A stretch of DNA of 63,976 nucleotides, filler included, from Neolecta irregularis DAH-3 (GCA_001929475.1; 21 parts of 21 records of this genome joined end to end with filler, not necessarily neighbours in it), one strand, 5' to 3'; positions 11,445 through 28,260 are shown, counted from the whole stretch's first letter. A program made the numbers and translations. The notes: generated by a model not told the origin, from the sequence alone.

Positions 11445-12558
11445 CCCGATGCCGAAGAGGTTTCGCTGAAAGCTTTGGATTGGGGGTATAACCTAAGACA
11501 AACCTTTGACTAATGAGAAAAGACAATTGAATTTCATTCATACCACTGACACACATGGTAATGTTTTGTATTCGAAAGCCATTAATCGTAAGGCTGGTTA
11601 GAAGGTCATTTGAAAGAAAAGTTCTACAGCGCAGACTGGGGAGATTTTGGATCTTTCGTGACTACCATGAAAGAAACCGCAGCATTCAAAAAGGCAGATT
11701 TATTGTTAATTGATACCGGTGATCTTAATGATGGTGCAATAATATCGCTGGCTGAACTGACTCTTTAGGAAATGGTATGAGCGATGCAACCGAAGTGGGT
11801 GGAGAACGGATACGACCATTATACACTGCACGGTCTTATCAAATTAGGTTTGCTAACTTGAAGGAACTTCCCTACGACATCTTAACCATCGGCAATCACG
11901 AACTCTACAAGCCGGAGATTGCGCTCGACGTATATCAGAACTTTGCGCCGTTTTGGGGAGATCGTTACCTTACCTCTAACGTGCAGATATATGATCCTAA
12001 AACAGGGGATTTGAACTACATTGGGCAACGATACCGCCATTTTCAAACGAAAATGGGCAAGTAGTCTTTATGAAGTCTGACTAATGAAAGGCCTAAATAT
12101 AATGGCTTTTGGTTTTCTCTTCGATTTTAAAAGAGGCGCGAATAACACTGTGGTTACCAACGTCCGCGATTCTGTCAAGGAGCAGTGGTTCCTTGACGCC
12201 CTCGCAAAAGACAATGTGGATGTATGTTCATATGCTGTAGTGGTCTAAGTGAAAGCTCTTCCTTCTAGCCGGTCACATACCTGTTCGAGGCTCAAGTGAA
12301 TGGACCAGTGCTATCGCAGCAATTCGAGCGGTTCATCCAAATACTCCGATTCAAATTTTTGGAGGCCACTATCACGTATGTTTGTGGTCCCTAGCTCTGC
12401 CAAACCAAGCAGGTCCGTGATTTCGTTGCTTATGATGCCCGAGCTGTGGGCCTTTCTTCAGGACGATATTGTGAAACTGTTGGTTGGGTCTCTCTAAACG
12501 GTTTAAACAACACATTATCATTGGATTCGGGGACTGGTCGTCCAGCTTTGAACAAATC
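11445..12558 (+). CDS. Calcineurin-like metallophosphoesterase, fungal 5'-nucleotidase family (YHR202W-like), partial at both ends
   Basis: Spliced motifs [51 protein letters not shown] and [10 protein letters not shown]. Confidence 0.88.
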
Positions 12559-12667
12559 NNNNNNNNNNNNNNNNNNNNNNNNNNNNNNNNNNNNNNNNNN
12601 NNTTAATTAATTAANNNNNNNNNNNNNNNNNNNNNNNNNNNNNNNNNNNNNNNNNNNNACCGCCCGC

Positions 12668-14147
12668 ATGTCGCCCTGCTACTCGGACTCTGAAGATGAA
12701 GTCCTGTCTCTGTCTGACCCGCTGCCTGACCCGCTGCCTGACCCGCTGCCTGACCCGCTGCCTGACCCGCTGCCTGACCCGTCTCTACCCTATGACCCGT
12801 CTCTGTCCATCCCCTCCTGGGGCCGCTCAAAGAAATCATACTACCACGACGACCCTGCCGACCCTGCCCACGCCCGCGAAGCACTCGCCCTCCAGCGCGC
12901 CCGCTCCCGCGCCCTCTCAGACGCAGACTACTTGCTGGACCCCGCCCTCGCAGACGCAGACTACCTGCTGGACCCCGCAGATCCCCCCGCCCTCTCGCCA
13001 GAACTGCCCCACTTCTCCAGAGAGCTCCTTCTTCTGCACCCGCTCCTCGCCCCTCTCGCCCTCGTCGCCCACTCTCACCCCCTCCTCACCCTCAAACACG
13101 CCGTCCTCTCAGCCTACCTTGCCTCCCTCGTCGCTTACTTTGCCCTAAAGTCTGCCTCCTCGCTCTCCCTGGCAGACCACCCCGTCATGCTTACCCTCTT
13201 GCACTCCCGTTCCGCTTGGCAAAAGGTCAACATCCAAGACGACCTCTACCTTGCCCCAGATACGACTCTGGCGTCGATCCCTGGAAATCTCGAGCGAACG
13301 ATCCCCGACAACCTCCCCAACCGATCGATCCCCGACAACCTCCCCAACCGATCGATCCCCGACAAACTATTCAACCGATCGATCCCCGAACCCTCCCGAA
13401 AACGCAATGCACCTCTACTCGATTCAGACTCTTCAGACACACCCTTCATCCCCCTGAAAAACTCCCAAACTAAAAAACAAAAAATAAACCACTACGCTGA
13501 ATCAACATACCTAAACGACATTGACGCCCAAGAAAAAGCATCAAGAAAGAAGTCCCTCCGTTTTTATGCCTCCAGGATAATACAGGTATGCATCTACATG
13601 ATCCATAGTTTATCTTTAGAAATCTGCAAAGAGAGTGAATCCGGGCTTGCATGGAGACCTCGACATTCCTTTGCGAAAAATGGAAATGAGAAATTTCCAG
13701 AAAAAGTGTGATATCGATGGCGGTAGCGATGGCGATGGCGATGGCGATGGCGATATCGATGGCGATGGCGATGGCGATATCAATATCGATGGCGATGGCG
13801 ATATCGATGGCGATATCGATGTTGACGATATCACCCATTCCACGTATTACAATCAAATATCCACATCTCGATCTAAAAAACAACCACAACCACAACCCCT
13901 CGACCAACCATCCCCTCAAGTCCAAGGAAAACGCGCAATTTCATACCAAATAGCCAAAAACAAGGGCTTGAAAACTAGAAAACCAAAAGAAAATAGAAAC
14001 CCCAGACTGAAAAAACGGATTAAATTCGATCAGGCTAAAAAGAAATTGGCTACTAGACAGGCCGTGTATAAAGGACTGACCGGATCTTATCCCGGTGAAC
14101 AAAGTGGCATTAATACCGCTATTGTAAAGAGCGTGCGATTTAAATAG
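12668..14147 (+). CDS. SAS10: SSU processome subunit Sas10/Utp3 (intron 13586-13619)
   Basis: DHPVMLTL (Sas10/Utp3 domain), RKKSLRFY and GDLDIP; C-terminal KRAISYQIAKNKGL..NRNPRLKKRIKF..YPGEQSGINTAIVKSVRF. Confidence 0.92.
12714..12781 (+). repeat. Coding tandem repeat (CTGACCCGCTGC)n, encoding PDPL
   Basis: About 5.5 copies of a 12-nt unit. Confidence 0.9.
13297..13390 (+). repeat. Coding 27-nt tandem repeat, encoding RSIPDNLPN
   Basis: About 3.5 copies of CGATCGATCCCCGACAACCTCCCCAAC. Confidence 0.88.
13710..13830 (+). repeat. Coding (GATGGC/GATATC)n microsatellite, encoding DG/DI
   Basis: Hexamer array seen directly. Confidence 0.9.
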
Positions 14148-14179
14148 ATGAGATATAGATGTCGTAGACTGATTATAGA

Positions 14180-16147
14180 CTATCCCTCTTTACCCCCCTT
14201 GTCAAACACTTTATCCAATCGATTAATTTCACGCTCTGCAAAATCTCCCCAGATATCAGATTCCGCAATTCTAGTTCTCGGGTCTATTATAAATTTATGC
14301 GGTTTAAACAAACTTAGTGTTTTAGCATTAAGATGCACATGAGGCACTTTTGGTTTCTCTAGATCACGTCGAAGCAAGTCATCCAACGGCTCATCCAGTT
14401 TTTTCGCATGCTAAAGTGAGAAATCAATATAGAAAGAGATTACCTCAAATTGCGTACGAACCCACCATCGCGAATTCTCTTCAGTAAGGGCTTGCGCGAT
14501 TGTTTCATACGCGGGATGTTCAGACGAGACCCTGCCTGCCAGTGTTTGAGCTTCTTTTTCTAACCCGATACACCTCAAATCTCGAATAAAAGAAGCATAC
14601 ACGCATACCGGGAATGGATTCTTCTTCATAGTCTCGAATCTTTGGAATTGCTCAAGTGCTTCGTCGACACGATTGGCCATGACTAGATTAGACAGGTAAT
14701 GCGAAAACCCCATATTCTTTAATAAATGGTTCTTTGAAAGAAGAAATTCAATCACTGTTTGAGCTTTTTCAAGTTCACGCTTTCGATTAAGAGAGAATAA
14801 GAGGTCGTTCGTTGCGTCGTTTACTGCTTTTCGGCTGGTGCTAGCTAAAGTCCACAGTGACCACGCCGCTTCAGTATTATTATTATAAGCCAACGTTCCC
14901 AATATCTTGCCAAAAAGACTTCGTTGCGGTTCGTGAGAATTGTCACGGAGCCAACAATACCACTCCAGCGCCTCGGAAATATTCCCGTCGTCAATTAACC
15001 CTACGAGTAAATTCCCCGCGGTGGAAGGCTGAATCGGTAATGAGTGTTCAGCTAGTCGTTTAAGAAGCGTGACGGCTGCTGCTAAATGGTGATTTCGAAT
15101 ATATCCGTTGATCATCGCGTGGTAAATCGCCACGTTTGGAATATTCGGTGTATATCGTGCGTCAAACTGATCAAACCACCTTTGCGCCTGTGGTAGTTTA
15201 TTATGCATAATCAGACCACAGACTAACAAAGTATACGCCTGAGGCGAACAATTCCGCCCTTCAACCAAACGAGCCATTAAATCCTCCGCCGCCTCGATTT
15301 TCTCTCCCGAATACGAATAAATCCCGATTTTCTCAGCGAGAAAGCCTCGGTCGTTGTCTAAATGGTCGCCGAGAGGTACTATTGAAAGACCCTTGGCCCA
15401 TTGTTTATGACGACGACACATCGCAAGGATTTTGGTTAAATGAATAGGAATGATCCTGACTTTTTGCTCCACGAGACGTTGCAAAACTGCCACCGCTCGA
15501 TCCAGATCACCCGTATAATAAATTAGCGAAATTAAACCAGCGTAGACATAAGACGTCGGTCGACTCAATGCATCAAACATTCGCCGACCAACGCGTATAT
15601 TGTCGAGTCGGGCATTATTCAAATATAACCCAACCAAAGAATTCGAATAACGATGCATATTTACATCTATTTTCAACGAACGAAGAAACTTTTGACGTTC
15701 CCCGAGCGTGGAAATCGATGATGCTAATTGTCTTGCTTGGATGAATTTAATTTGAGCTAGTGTTGCATGCAAGACGGACGTAGCAGGAGGATTAGAATCC
15801 TCTATAATAACTCTCGCAAGAGCATAATTGCCAGATTGAAGATGTCCCTGCGCTTTATTAAAAATTTCTTCCTCAATGGGACAAGTGGGCGCGGTATTCG
15901 GTCGTATCGCCACGCCCTCGTTTTTTTCGGTTTCGCTTGGTTTGGGAGGGGGCGATGATATAGGATCAGTTGGATCAGAGAGGTATGCCGGTATTTCGAA
16001 ATCAAGGTTTGGCGCCTCGGCAGTGGTATACCGCCGTTGTACCGACGCAACAAACGCTGACGTTGACCGTACCTTTTTAGAATGTAAAACCGTGATAGTC
16101 CGACGACGAGTAACTTGATTTATTCCACTTCGTAGAGCATGGTTCAT
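14180..16147 (-). CDS. Pentatricopeptide repeat protein, probably mitochondrial (intron 14411-14443)
   Basis: PPR motifs PTSYVYAGLISL, QAYTLLVCGL and PNVAIYHAMINGYIR; Arg/Ser-rich presequence-like N-terminus. Confidence 0.85.
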
Positions 16148-17061
16148 TTTATCGTATACGAAATACAGGTCAAAGTGACGGGTGTGGTTGAAGGTTTCAA
16201 AAATGTTCCATCGGCAGAATTAAAACTTGGCAATTAAAAATTACCGAGTTTGTATCGACTAGGTTATATTGTCGACGACTACGCAATCTGGTAATGTCCA
16301 TGAACCAACCTTCCATCTATACTCGATCAAGCTGTCACAACCGGAACAATAATCAATACTGTTCAAGGATCAGGAAGAGATGGATCTAACCCTAACCCTA
16401 ACCCAAATCAGGTTCATGATAATTGGAATCCAGAGCTGGGTCTTGAGTCGAACCCTAACGATAGTAACACAACCAATCCTTGCAATTCTGCTCTAACGAA
16501 CTTGAGCAATATCTTCACCTTTCATGACCCCCGGATACTCACTGGATGAGTTTGCCCAGAGTTAAAAGGGTCTAAAACCAAAGCGATCTGGTCTCTCCCG
16601 AAAACTAAGACTGAGAACATGGCATAATTACAGAGGATGGAGATAGTGATAGAAGAGAACGACTGGGGAATGATACCAGCAAAGAGACTTGAGGTAGGCG
16701 GCCGTCCAGAATTGAAGATGATTCGAGGGACGTAATAAGGGAATGTTTGACGCTTATTCTCATATGCTCTACACTTCTTTCCGACATCGCAGAAGCTACT
16801 ACTTGGCGTGTATTACCCGAAGCGACTAGCCCTGCAATATAGAGAGATAGATTATTTATACAAGAGAAACTTGATATCATATATTTCAATTTCTTGTGAT
16901 ACTGAGACTGGCTAGCTCCTCAAACTTTCACTTTAATTTTCGAGGAGAATATTTGTTGTATTCAAAAATCAGACAGAAATATCGCCCTGATATGGTCGAT
17001 GATCGAAATAAAATTTCTTTCGCAATCCCAACCCCACTCCAGTGGCTTAATCGCCAACAAT

Positions 17062-19068
17062 ATGTCCAATTCGATAGCAGCAGTCGACTCGCTTTTGGAG
17101 TCCATTCAAAAACCAGAGGGATGGTAAGGATTAAAAATTCTGTTTGCTAAACTTGAAGGACTGGATTGACGGATGAATATACTGGTCAAGATCTCGTTTT
17201 AACAAAGGAAGAACTCGATGTTGTCAGGAGAGTTATACAGGGGGGCATAACAGATGAGCAATATGATCCATATCAGGTATCGATCACGTCCCTTGCTACT
17301 GGTCTCATCCAAAGGATCAAGTGGAGTATTTCTCGGGGGTACTGGAACAAATGCCACTCAGCTCTGCTCCTGAACCGAAAAGGCGGTTTATTCCCTCAAA
17401 ATATGAGGCTAAAATGGTGAACACTGCTGAAATTATTGTCTCTAAAGATATAGGTTATGAAGATTGTTCGTGCGATCAGAGAAGGTCGAATCATTCCAAA
17501 GAAAGCAGAGACTAGCAACACTCCTGTGTTTTTCGATATTTGGGCAGATGACGCTCCTCAACGTCCTAACCATGTTATGCATATTCCTGCTCCAAAACTT
17601 CTATTACCTACGCATGATGAGAGTTACAATCCTCCTGCGGAATACCTCCCTACTGAGGAAAAACGTCTAGCCTGGAAGGAAATGGACCCCGAAGATCGAG
17701 AGCAGGATTACCTACCGCAGAAATACAGTTCCCTGCGGCTGGTTCCTGGTTATGTACCATTTCTGAATGAGAAATTTGAACGCTGTCTTGATCTATATCT
17801 TGCCCCTCGAGTGCGCAGGAAAAAGGTATCTTGCCCTGATTGATAATTTGATGTCGTAGCTCAATATTGATCCAGAGTCACTGGTTCCGAAACTTCCTTC
17901 ACCAAAAGATTTGCGACCATTTCCTACGAGGTGTTCCACAACCTACAAAGGTCACGATGGCAGAGTACGGTCAATCAGTTGTGATCCCAGCGGTATTTGG
18001 CTTGCCACTGGAGGAGATGATGGGACGGTGCGGATATGGGAAATTATCACTGGACGTGAATTATGGAAATGGACTTCACCTACTTCATCTGAAGGAGATG
18101 CTGTTAATGCTGTCGAATGGAGTCCTGTCAAGGATAGCAAAATTCTTGCCGTTGCTGCGTATGCCTCCCTGGGCTCTATCATTTTAATTTTGCAGCGGTG
18201 ATAACGCATACATCATTATACCTCCAGTATTTCATAAGGAGGATGAGGCTGTAGCACGCGAGATCGCCTGTGCCGGTCGAAATGTACCACCACCAGAGAA
18301 GAAAAGGAAATCACCCACAGCGACATGGGTTAACCCTACTACAAAACAAGATATGGAGGGTCTTTGTGCAATAATCAACACTGGACGAGTCATTAAACAA
18401 ATAGCTTGGCATCGTAGGGGTGATTATTTTTCCACTGTCGCCCCTGGAGGTATGTCTTCGGTTTCTATAAGTTATTTACGGATATAGGATCATCCTCCAC
18501 CGTTTTCATCCATCAGCTTTCAAAATACCAATCTCAAGCGCCTTTCCGGAAATCAAAGGGTCCCATTCAGAAGGTTGCTTTCCACCCGATTAAACCTTAC
18601 ATCTACGTCGCTACTCAACGAAATATACGAATTTACAATCTCGCCAAACAGGAACTCATCAAGAATCTTCAATGTGGAGTACGGTGGATTAGCAGTCTCG
18701 ATATACATATAGGAGGAGATAACGTTGTTGTTGGAAGTTACGATAAGCGACTCGTATGGTTCGACACCGATCTCTCGACCAAACCGTACAAAAGTCTACG
18801 ATACCATCAACGAGCAATCAGGGATGTACAGTATCATAAAGGCGGATTGCCTCTCTTCTGCTCAGCAAGTGACGATGGAAGTATACATGTGTTCCACGGG
18901 ATGGTGTACAATGATCTAATGGAGAATCCGCTTATTGTACCGCTGAAAAAGCTGATTGGACATGACGTTGTTGAAAGTCTAGGTGTTTTGAGCATTGACT
19001 GGCATCCTAAACAACCTTGGCTATTCAGCGCCGGTGCCGATGGTATGGGGAGGTTGTGGGTGCACTAA
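17062..19068 (+). CDS. ERB1: Ribosome biogenesis protein Erb1/BOP1 (BOP1NT plus WD40), multi-intron
   Basis: [57 protein letters not shown] and [15 protein letters not shown]. The start is uncertain. Confidence 0.93.
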
Positions 19069-19642
19069 TTCTAACACTTTTGATATTGTATATTAGACTT
19101 GTTATATGGATCCACCGGTATACAATGGGCATGTAATCAAGCTCTGAGCCGCTCGATGAATGCTACACATAAATGGTGTGGAATGGATTGAGATCCTTCC
19201 TAGCTAGAGTGATCCTATGCTTTTCTTGTATGGCTGTCTTCCATGAAGCCTTGTTTGCAGGCTTTCATCCTGATCACCGTGTCACGTGATCCGTGACAAA
19301 TCTTCGAGCCTAACTTTGAGCAACTTGCAATCAATTCACAGTTGAACAACCAACCAACATATTCAAACGAAACAAACATTATCAGGATCAGAATTTAAAG
19401 GCAAAACTAATGGTCTGCCAACAAATTCAATACAAGAAAGTCATAGGGGAACCTATAAGAAGCATCACACGGAGGAAACTACCAAACCGCCATACAACCT
19501 AACAGCCTGCCAGAGCATTCTCCAGGTGGGTGGTTGGATCTCNNNNNNNNNNNNNNNNNNNNNNNNNNNNNNNNNNNNNNNNNNNNTTAATTAATTAANN
19601 NNNNNNNNNNNNNNNNNNNNNNNNNNNNNNNNNNNNNNNNNN

Positions 19643-22409
<2,767 letters not shown>

Positions 22410-22511
22410 GCAGTTTAGTGTTTCTTTCTTTCTTGTATGTATATATAGCTTGCGGGACAACCGCAGGGATGAACGTGGGACTTTTTAATATTTATTATAC
22501 ATTTTGGATAT

Positions 22512-22784
22512 TTACAGGGACTGCGTTTTCTGGCTTTCCTTTGTGCGGCGGAGCTGGGACCTGCGCTGCTTTTTGAGTGCTTTGCGCTGCGACCTGTCGA
22601 CAGGGGGAGGACTGGGTGCGGGGGAGGGGCGCGGCTGGAGATGGGCCAGGATGCGGGCGAGGTCTGCGGGGGGATGAGGGCGGGCCGCGAGGAAGGGGGC
22701 GAGGACGGCGCAGGCGCGGGCGGGCGACAGGGGGCGGGAGGAGAGGAGGGCGATGGGGAGCGGGGAGCAGGGCAGGACGTCCAT
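22512..22784 (-). CDS. Probable RNA polymerase I subunit Rpa14/Ker1-like small protein
   Basis: SSRPLSPARACAVLAPFL..DLARILAHL plus a basic tail VDRSQRKALKKQRR resembles the fungal Rpa14 layout. ATG in GCCATGG context. Confidence 0.45.
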   Translation of the reverse strand: MDVLPCSPLPIALLSSRPLSPARACAVLAPFLAARPHPPADLARILAHLQPRPSPAPSPPPVDRSQRKALKKQRRSQLRRTKESQKTQSL

Positions 22785-22869
22785 GGCGGAGGCCAGCCGG
22801 GTGCAGCCGGTGGCGGGCAGAGGGCGCGGCACGAGGGGCGCCGGGATGCACGGGGCTACGGAAAAGAAG

Positions 22870-22972
22870 GGCAGGCTAGCAAACAAACAGGGCGGGCGAG
22901 CAAACAAACAACCAGGGCGGGCTAGCAAACAAACAACCAGGGCGGGCGAGCAAACAAACAACCAGGGCGGGG
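22870..22972 (+). repeat. Tandem repeat GGGCGGGC(T/G)AGCAAACAAACAACCA
   Basis: About 4 imperfect copies between two divergent starts. Confidence 0.85.
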
Positions 22973-22976
22973 TTCC

Positions 22977-23118
22977 ATGACGGGGGGCGGGCTGCGGCTG
23001 TGGACGGGCCGAGGTGCCCGGGGTTTCGCTGTTCCTGGGCGGCGGTGGCTGCTGGGGGCGGTGGCTGCTGGGGCGGTGGCTGCAGCTGCTGCGGCGCGCG
23101 GCGGCGGCGGGCGAGACG
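22977..23118 (+). CDS. 5' fragment of an unidentified gene with a mitochondrial-presequence-like start
   Basis: MTGGGLRLWTGRGARGF..RRWLLGAVAAG, cut by the contig end. Confidence 0.35.
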
Positions 23119-23223
23119 NNNNNNNNNNNNNNNNNNNNNNNNNNNNNNNNNNNNNNNNNNNNTTAATTAATTAANNNNNNNNNNNNNNNNNNNNNNNNNN
23201 NNNNNNNNNNNNNNNNNNGGATT

Positions 23224-24347
<1,124 letters not shown>

Positions 24348-24968
24348 CTTGTGTGGAGCTTTGTTGATTTACAGAAAGTATCAAATTGAGGACTACGGAA
24401 AAAAGATGAGGCTGTGTGTAGTCCACTACGAATATCATGAAATTCTGAAAAGGGAAACACCAAATTTACAAAACTAAGCTGGGCGGCGATGAAACGGCCA
24501 CCACCGTGAACCGGCCACCCAAAAAAAAAATCGCGCCTCATATATTCGTCTCCCCAACGTTCTATTCAAAGTTTGACTGCCATTCAAACATGCAGCTATC
24601 AATACTAGCTCTTTCCAATGCCTTTGCCATTTTTTTAGCTTCTAATTCTGGTGCTCTAGCTACTAATTTCGAGGGAGGCGGGAGACGGGAAAGGGGCGGG
24701 AAGCCAGAAATCTGCCTGCCTGCCTACCATTGAAGCATTTCAAGAAGGCCAATGTTATTCTCCCTGATATATATGAAATGGGTTTCTTGTGTGCTACTCA
24801 GATGTCCATTAGTAACGGTTGGTTTTTTACATCAACTTCAAGCCAACTCGTCAATTTTTGGATGCTTAGTTAAAATATTTTAAAACCTGTCAGGAGTCGA
24901 AATCCCGATTTCACTTGACCTTTTTAAATCGTAGACCCTTCCAACCCTTGTTCCACGATCAAGTCGAT

Positions 24969-26262
24969 ATGACTACCAAAGAACCTGGTGTAATTAACCC
25001 GGATAGCCATATTCTCATTGACCAATCTCTAATTCGCCTTCCATACGAAACATTACGAAAGAATTTTCGAAATTCACAGAGGATCACGGAAAAGGAAATC
25101 CAGATTGTTACAGCCACTCTAGCAGAATTATCGGACTTTGCGCCGGCTGAACAGCAAGCCGAAAAGATCGATGGGTTGATGACTAGATTAAGGAACTTGA
25201 GAGGCAAGGTATTGATCGTTCCCTGGGAACTAACTGAACTCATAGTTAGTCAGTATTCAGAAATCAGACGACCTCATGCTCTCACGTACTGAGGCTCGTT
25301 TGAGTCACCTGCATGAAACTGAGAGTTTTGAGGGTGTACAAGACAAGAAATACGAACGGTGGAGTGAGACAAGGTTGGACCGACTTATCGTAGATTATAT
25401 GATGCGGGCGGGTATGAAAGAATCCGGGCGACAGCTAGCCAGTACCAGGGGTCTCGAGGTGAACAACAAATTGGCTAGATGATCCTGAATAATTTGTAGG
25501 CCTTGGTTGATTTGGAGATCTTTGGACAATGTAAGGTAATTGAGGACTCCTTACGAAACGGGAATACGGCCAAATGTCTGGAGTGGTGCGCAGAAAACAA
25601 GCAGATGTTGAGGAAATCACGGGTATATTTTCCTATCTGACCGAGGTAAGAACAATTAGAGCAGTCTTGAATTCGAACTTCGGCTGCAAGAGTATATCGA
25701 ACTCGTTAGGAAATCCCAACACTTGAAAGCAATTGAACACTCCAAAAAGTATCTTATCTCACAAGTCGACATGCATCTTGAGGAAATTCTACAAGCTGCT
25801 GCACTTCTCGCATTCTCCCCCGAGACAGCGTTTCAGCCATACAAGGTATAGCCTCATTGCGTTGTTGTTTTGTAACAAATCTTCCAGTCGTTCTATTCAT
25901 CGTCTCGATGGTCTCATCTTGCTGAGGCCTTTCTCGAAACTTTTCATTCTTTATACTCTCTTCCAACCGATCCACTTCTTCACATCGCGATGTCTGCAGG
26001 TCTTTCTGCCCTTAAAACACCAATATGTTATTCTCAAACGAAATCTGATGAACCCGCTCATCACTGTCCCATTTGCTCGACTGAATTCAACAAACTAGCC
26101 CAGAAGCTCCCATTCGCTCATCATTTACGAAGTCACATCGACAACGACCCAGTTAAATTGCCAAATGGTCGTATCTTTGGAGTGAATCGATTACTCGAAT
26201 ATGCTCAAAAGATGGGCTTACCTGATGGTACATTCCGAGATCCCGGAACTGGCGAAGATTTT
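24969..26262 (+). CDS. FYV10: GID/CTLH complex subunit Fyv10/Gid9 (MAEA-like), 3' truncated
   Basis: LIRLPYETLRKNFR; LisH RLDRLIVDYMMRAG; LEFELRLQEYIELVR; AGLSALKTP..CPICSTE..LPFAHH. Confidence 0.92.
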
Positions 26263-26451
26263 NNNNNNNNNNNNNNNNNNNNNNNNNNNNNNNNNNNNNN
26301 NNNNNNTTAATTAATTAANNNNNNNNNNNNNNNNNNNNNNNNNNNNNNNNNNNNNNNNNNNNAACAGATGTTATATACTAGACTCCTGCGGAAGTCGCCA
26401 ATACTAAATACAACGTCTTATTCGTATTATGCCAGATACGAATAATCGCCG

Positions 26452-27179
26452 CTAAAAAGGCCAAGACGTGGACATTTCGGCGGTATTGATCAAACTATCC
26501 AGGGAGGGCAATTGAGGCCGTTCGGTTCTGGGCGAATCGTGTTGCAATAAAGGATCTGACGCGGGAGTGATTTTCCGAATGGAAGAGGGTGTGTTTGTTG
26601 TATCGTGTTGTTTAAGGCCGGCAGCTGTATATTTTTCTGGAAAAGCGTGGCGGAAACTAGAGTATTAGAAGCTATGGTATTGGGTATGGACGTACTGGTC
26701 TCGAAGATCGGTGCTTTTTCGATGTGATAAACTGAACGAAGCGTCACGCTGAATTTTGGCCCAGGCGGGTCCATACTGTTGTGAATATCTGAAGAGGTAG
26801 GGGATACCAAGTCGAAAGCCTTGAGCAGTCTGTCGTCTTCGGCAGCAGTGAAAAGGCGCTTTCGGCGTCGTTGGGTCGGGGTATCTCCAAATAAAGGCAG
26901 GCGCTTTGGATTCCGTATGAAGGACCGATGACTAGGATAAATCCAGGAAGAAAATATCCATACCGATCTTTGAGATCAACTGCACTTCTATTATTGAAAC
27001 TGAAACTTTTATAAGCGGCGTTGCGGGGGAGAGTACGTTGGATCGTCTAGGATTTTCTTCCAGTTGCCGACGCCGTGCTATTTGAAAGAGAGGTCAAGGG
27101 ACGACGGTACCTTTTCACAGCCAGCCAGCATATGCATTGTTTCTTCGCGAGACCAGATTGTGCGTTTTTTGCGTGGCAT
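26452..27179 (-). CDS. Double telobox-Myb protein, Teb1/Tay1-like
   Basis: Spliced: RTIWSREE..GCEKHGVGNWKKILDDPTFSFNNRSAVDLKDR, then RLFTAAEDDRLLKAFDLYGPAWAKIQRD..HRKSTDLRD. Confidence 0.85.
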
Positions 27180-27209
27180 GACCGTCGCATGGTAATGTCC
27201 TCGTACTCA

Positions 27210-27342
27210 ACATGTATATGTATATTATATTATATTTATATTGATGTATATGTATATCTTATTGATGTATATGTATATCTTATTGATGTATATGTATATT
27301 ATATGTATATGTATATTATATGTATATGTATATTAATATATA
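27210..27342. repeat. AT-rich microsatellite (TATGTA / ATTGATGTATATGTATATCTT) filling a divergent promoter
   Basis: Seen directly between the Myb gene and CMS1. Confidence 0.9.
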
Positions 27343-27364
27343 GATTGACGATGATTTTCTCAAC

Positions 27365-28197
27365 ATGTCGGATGTAGAAGGCAACGTCGCCTACGAGCAA
27401 ACGGAGAATGTGCCTGACAAAGCCGCGAAACGGAAGCGGAGGAGAGAGGAGCTGAAGCAAAAGGTACTCAAGGTGTATCCTTTCTCACTGCAGAAACGGC
27501 AAAAACGGGAACAGGATGAGGCGAGGAATATTGCGATAATGGTGCCTGCTTTGCAAGCGGATTATATCTGCGGCAAGATCGGGGTTTATTATAACGAGAT
27601 TTCGACTCTTGAGCGTCAAGACCGATATATTCCCGGTATGCAAGATTTGTCGCGCGCTGATGTTTAGAAACGGTGTTCACGGACACGTCATTGTTTGGAG
27701 AACGGAGTTTAACTACGATTTCGACATTTCTAAGTAAAAGTATACGAAGCCATTACCTTTCTTACTCTAGCAATATCAAAAGTGGAAAAGGGTTGCGAGG
27801 AAATGGGGAGGCCGCATACGATTGTGGTTTCGGCCGCGGCAATACGAGTGGCGGAGTTGACTCGGGAGATGCGCAAGATGAATGCACACGTATTGAAGCT
27901 TTTTGCACGCCATATAAAAGTGGAGCAACAAATCCGGATGTTGAAGAGTCAACCTGTGGCAATTGCAGTTGGGACGCCGGGGCGGTTGATGGCGTTGGTC
28001 GAACAGGGTATGGCAGATGGTGTATGGGTTGACATTTAGATGCGCTTTTACTTGATGGGATTGAGAATGTGGTGGTTGATACAAGTCATCTTGACGCAAA
28101 GCGACGTAGTATTTTTGATATTCCTGAATGTGGAAAGGATTTACTAGATTTGCTTTACAAGATGAAGCCATATAAAATGAAGATTATATTATTTTAA
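27365..28197 (+). CDS. CMS1: Cms1 (U3-containing 90S pre-ribosome, DEAD-like)
   Basis: PHTIVVSAAAIRVAEL, KLFARHIKVEQQI, IAVGTPGRL and VVDTSHLDAKRRSIFDIPE. Confidence 0.9.
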
Positions 28198-28260
28198 TTT
28201 ATGATTATCATCAATCATATCATTCAACTCTGTATCAATCATTCTTATCAATCATTCTTA

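Noticed and set aside
13470-13953. ORFs rich in IAIAI, SPSPS or MAMAM
   Set aside because: They are shadow frames of the (GATGGC)n repeat inside SAS10.
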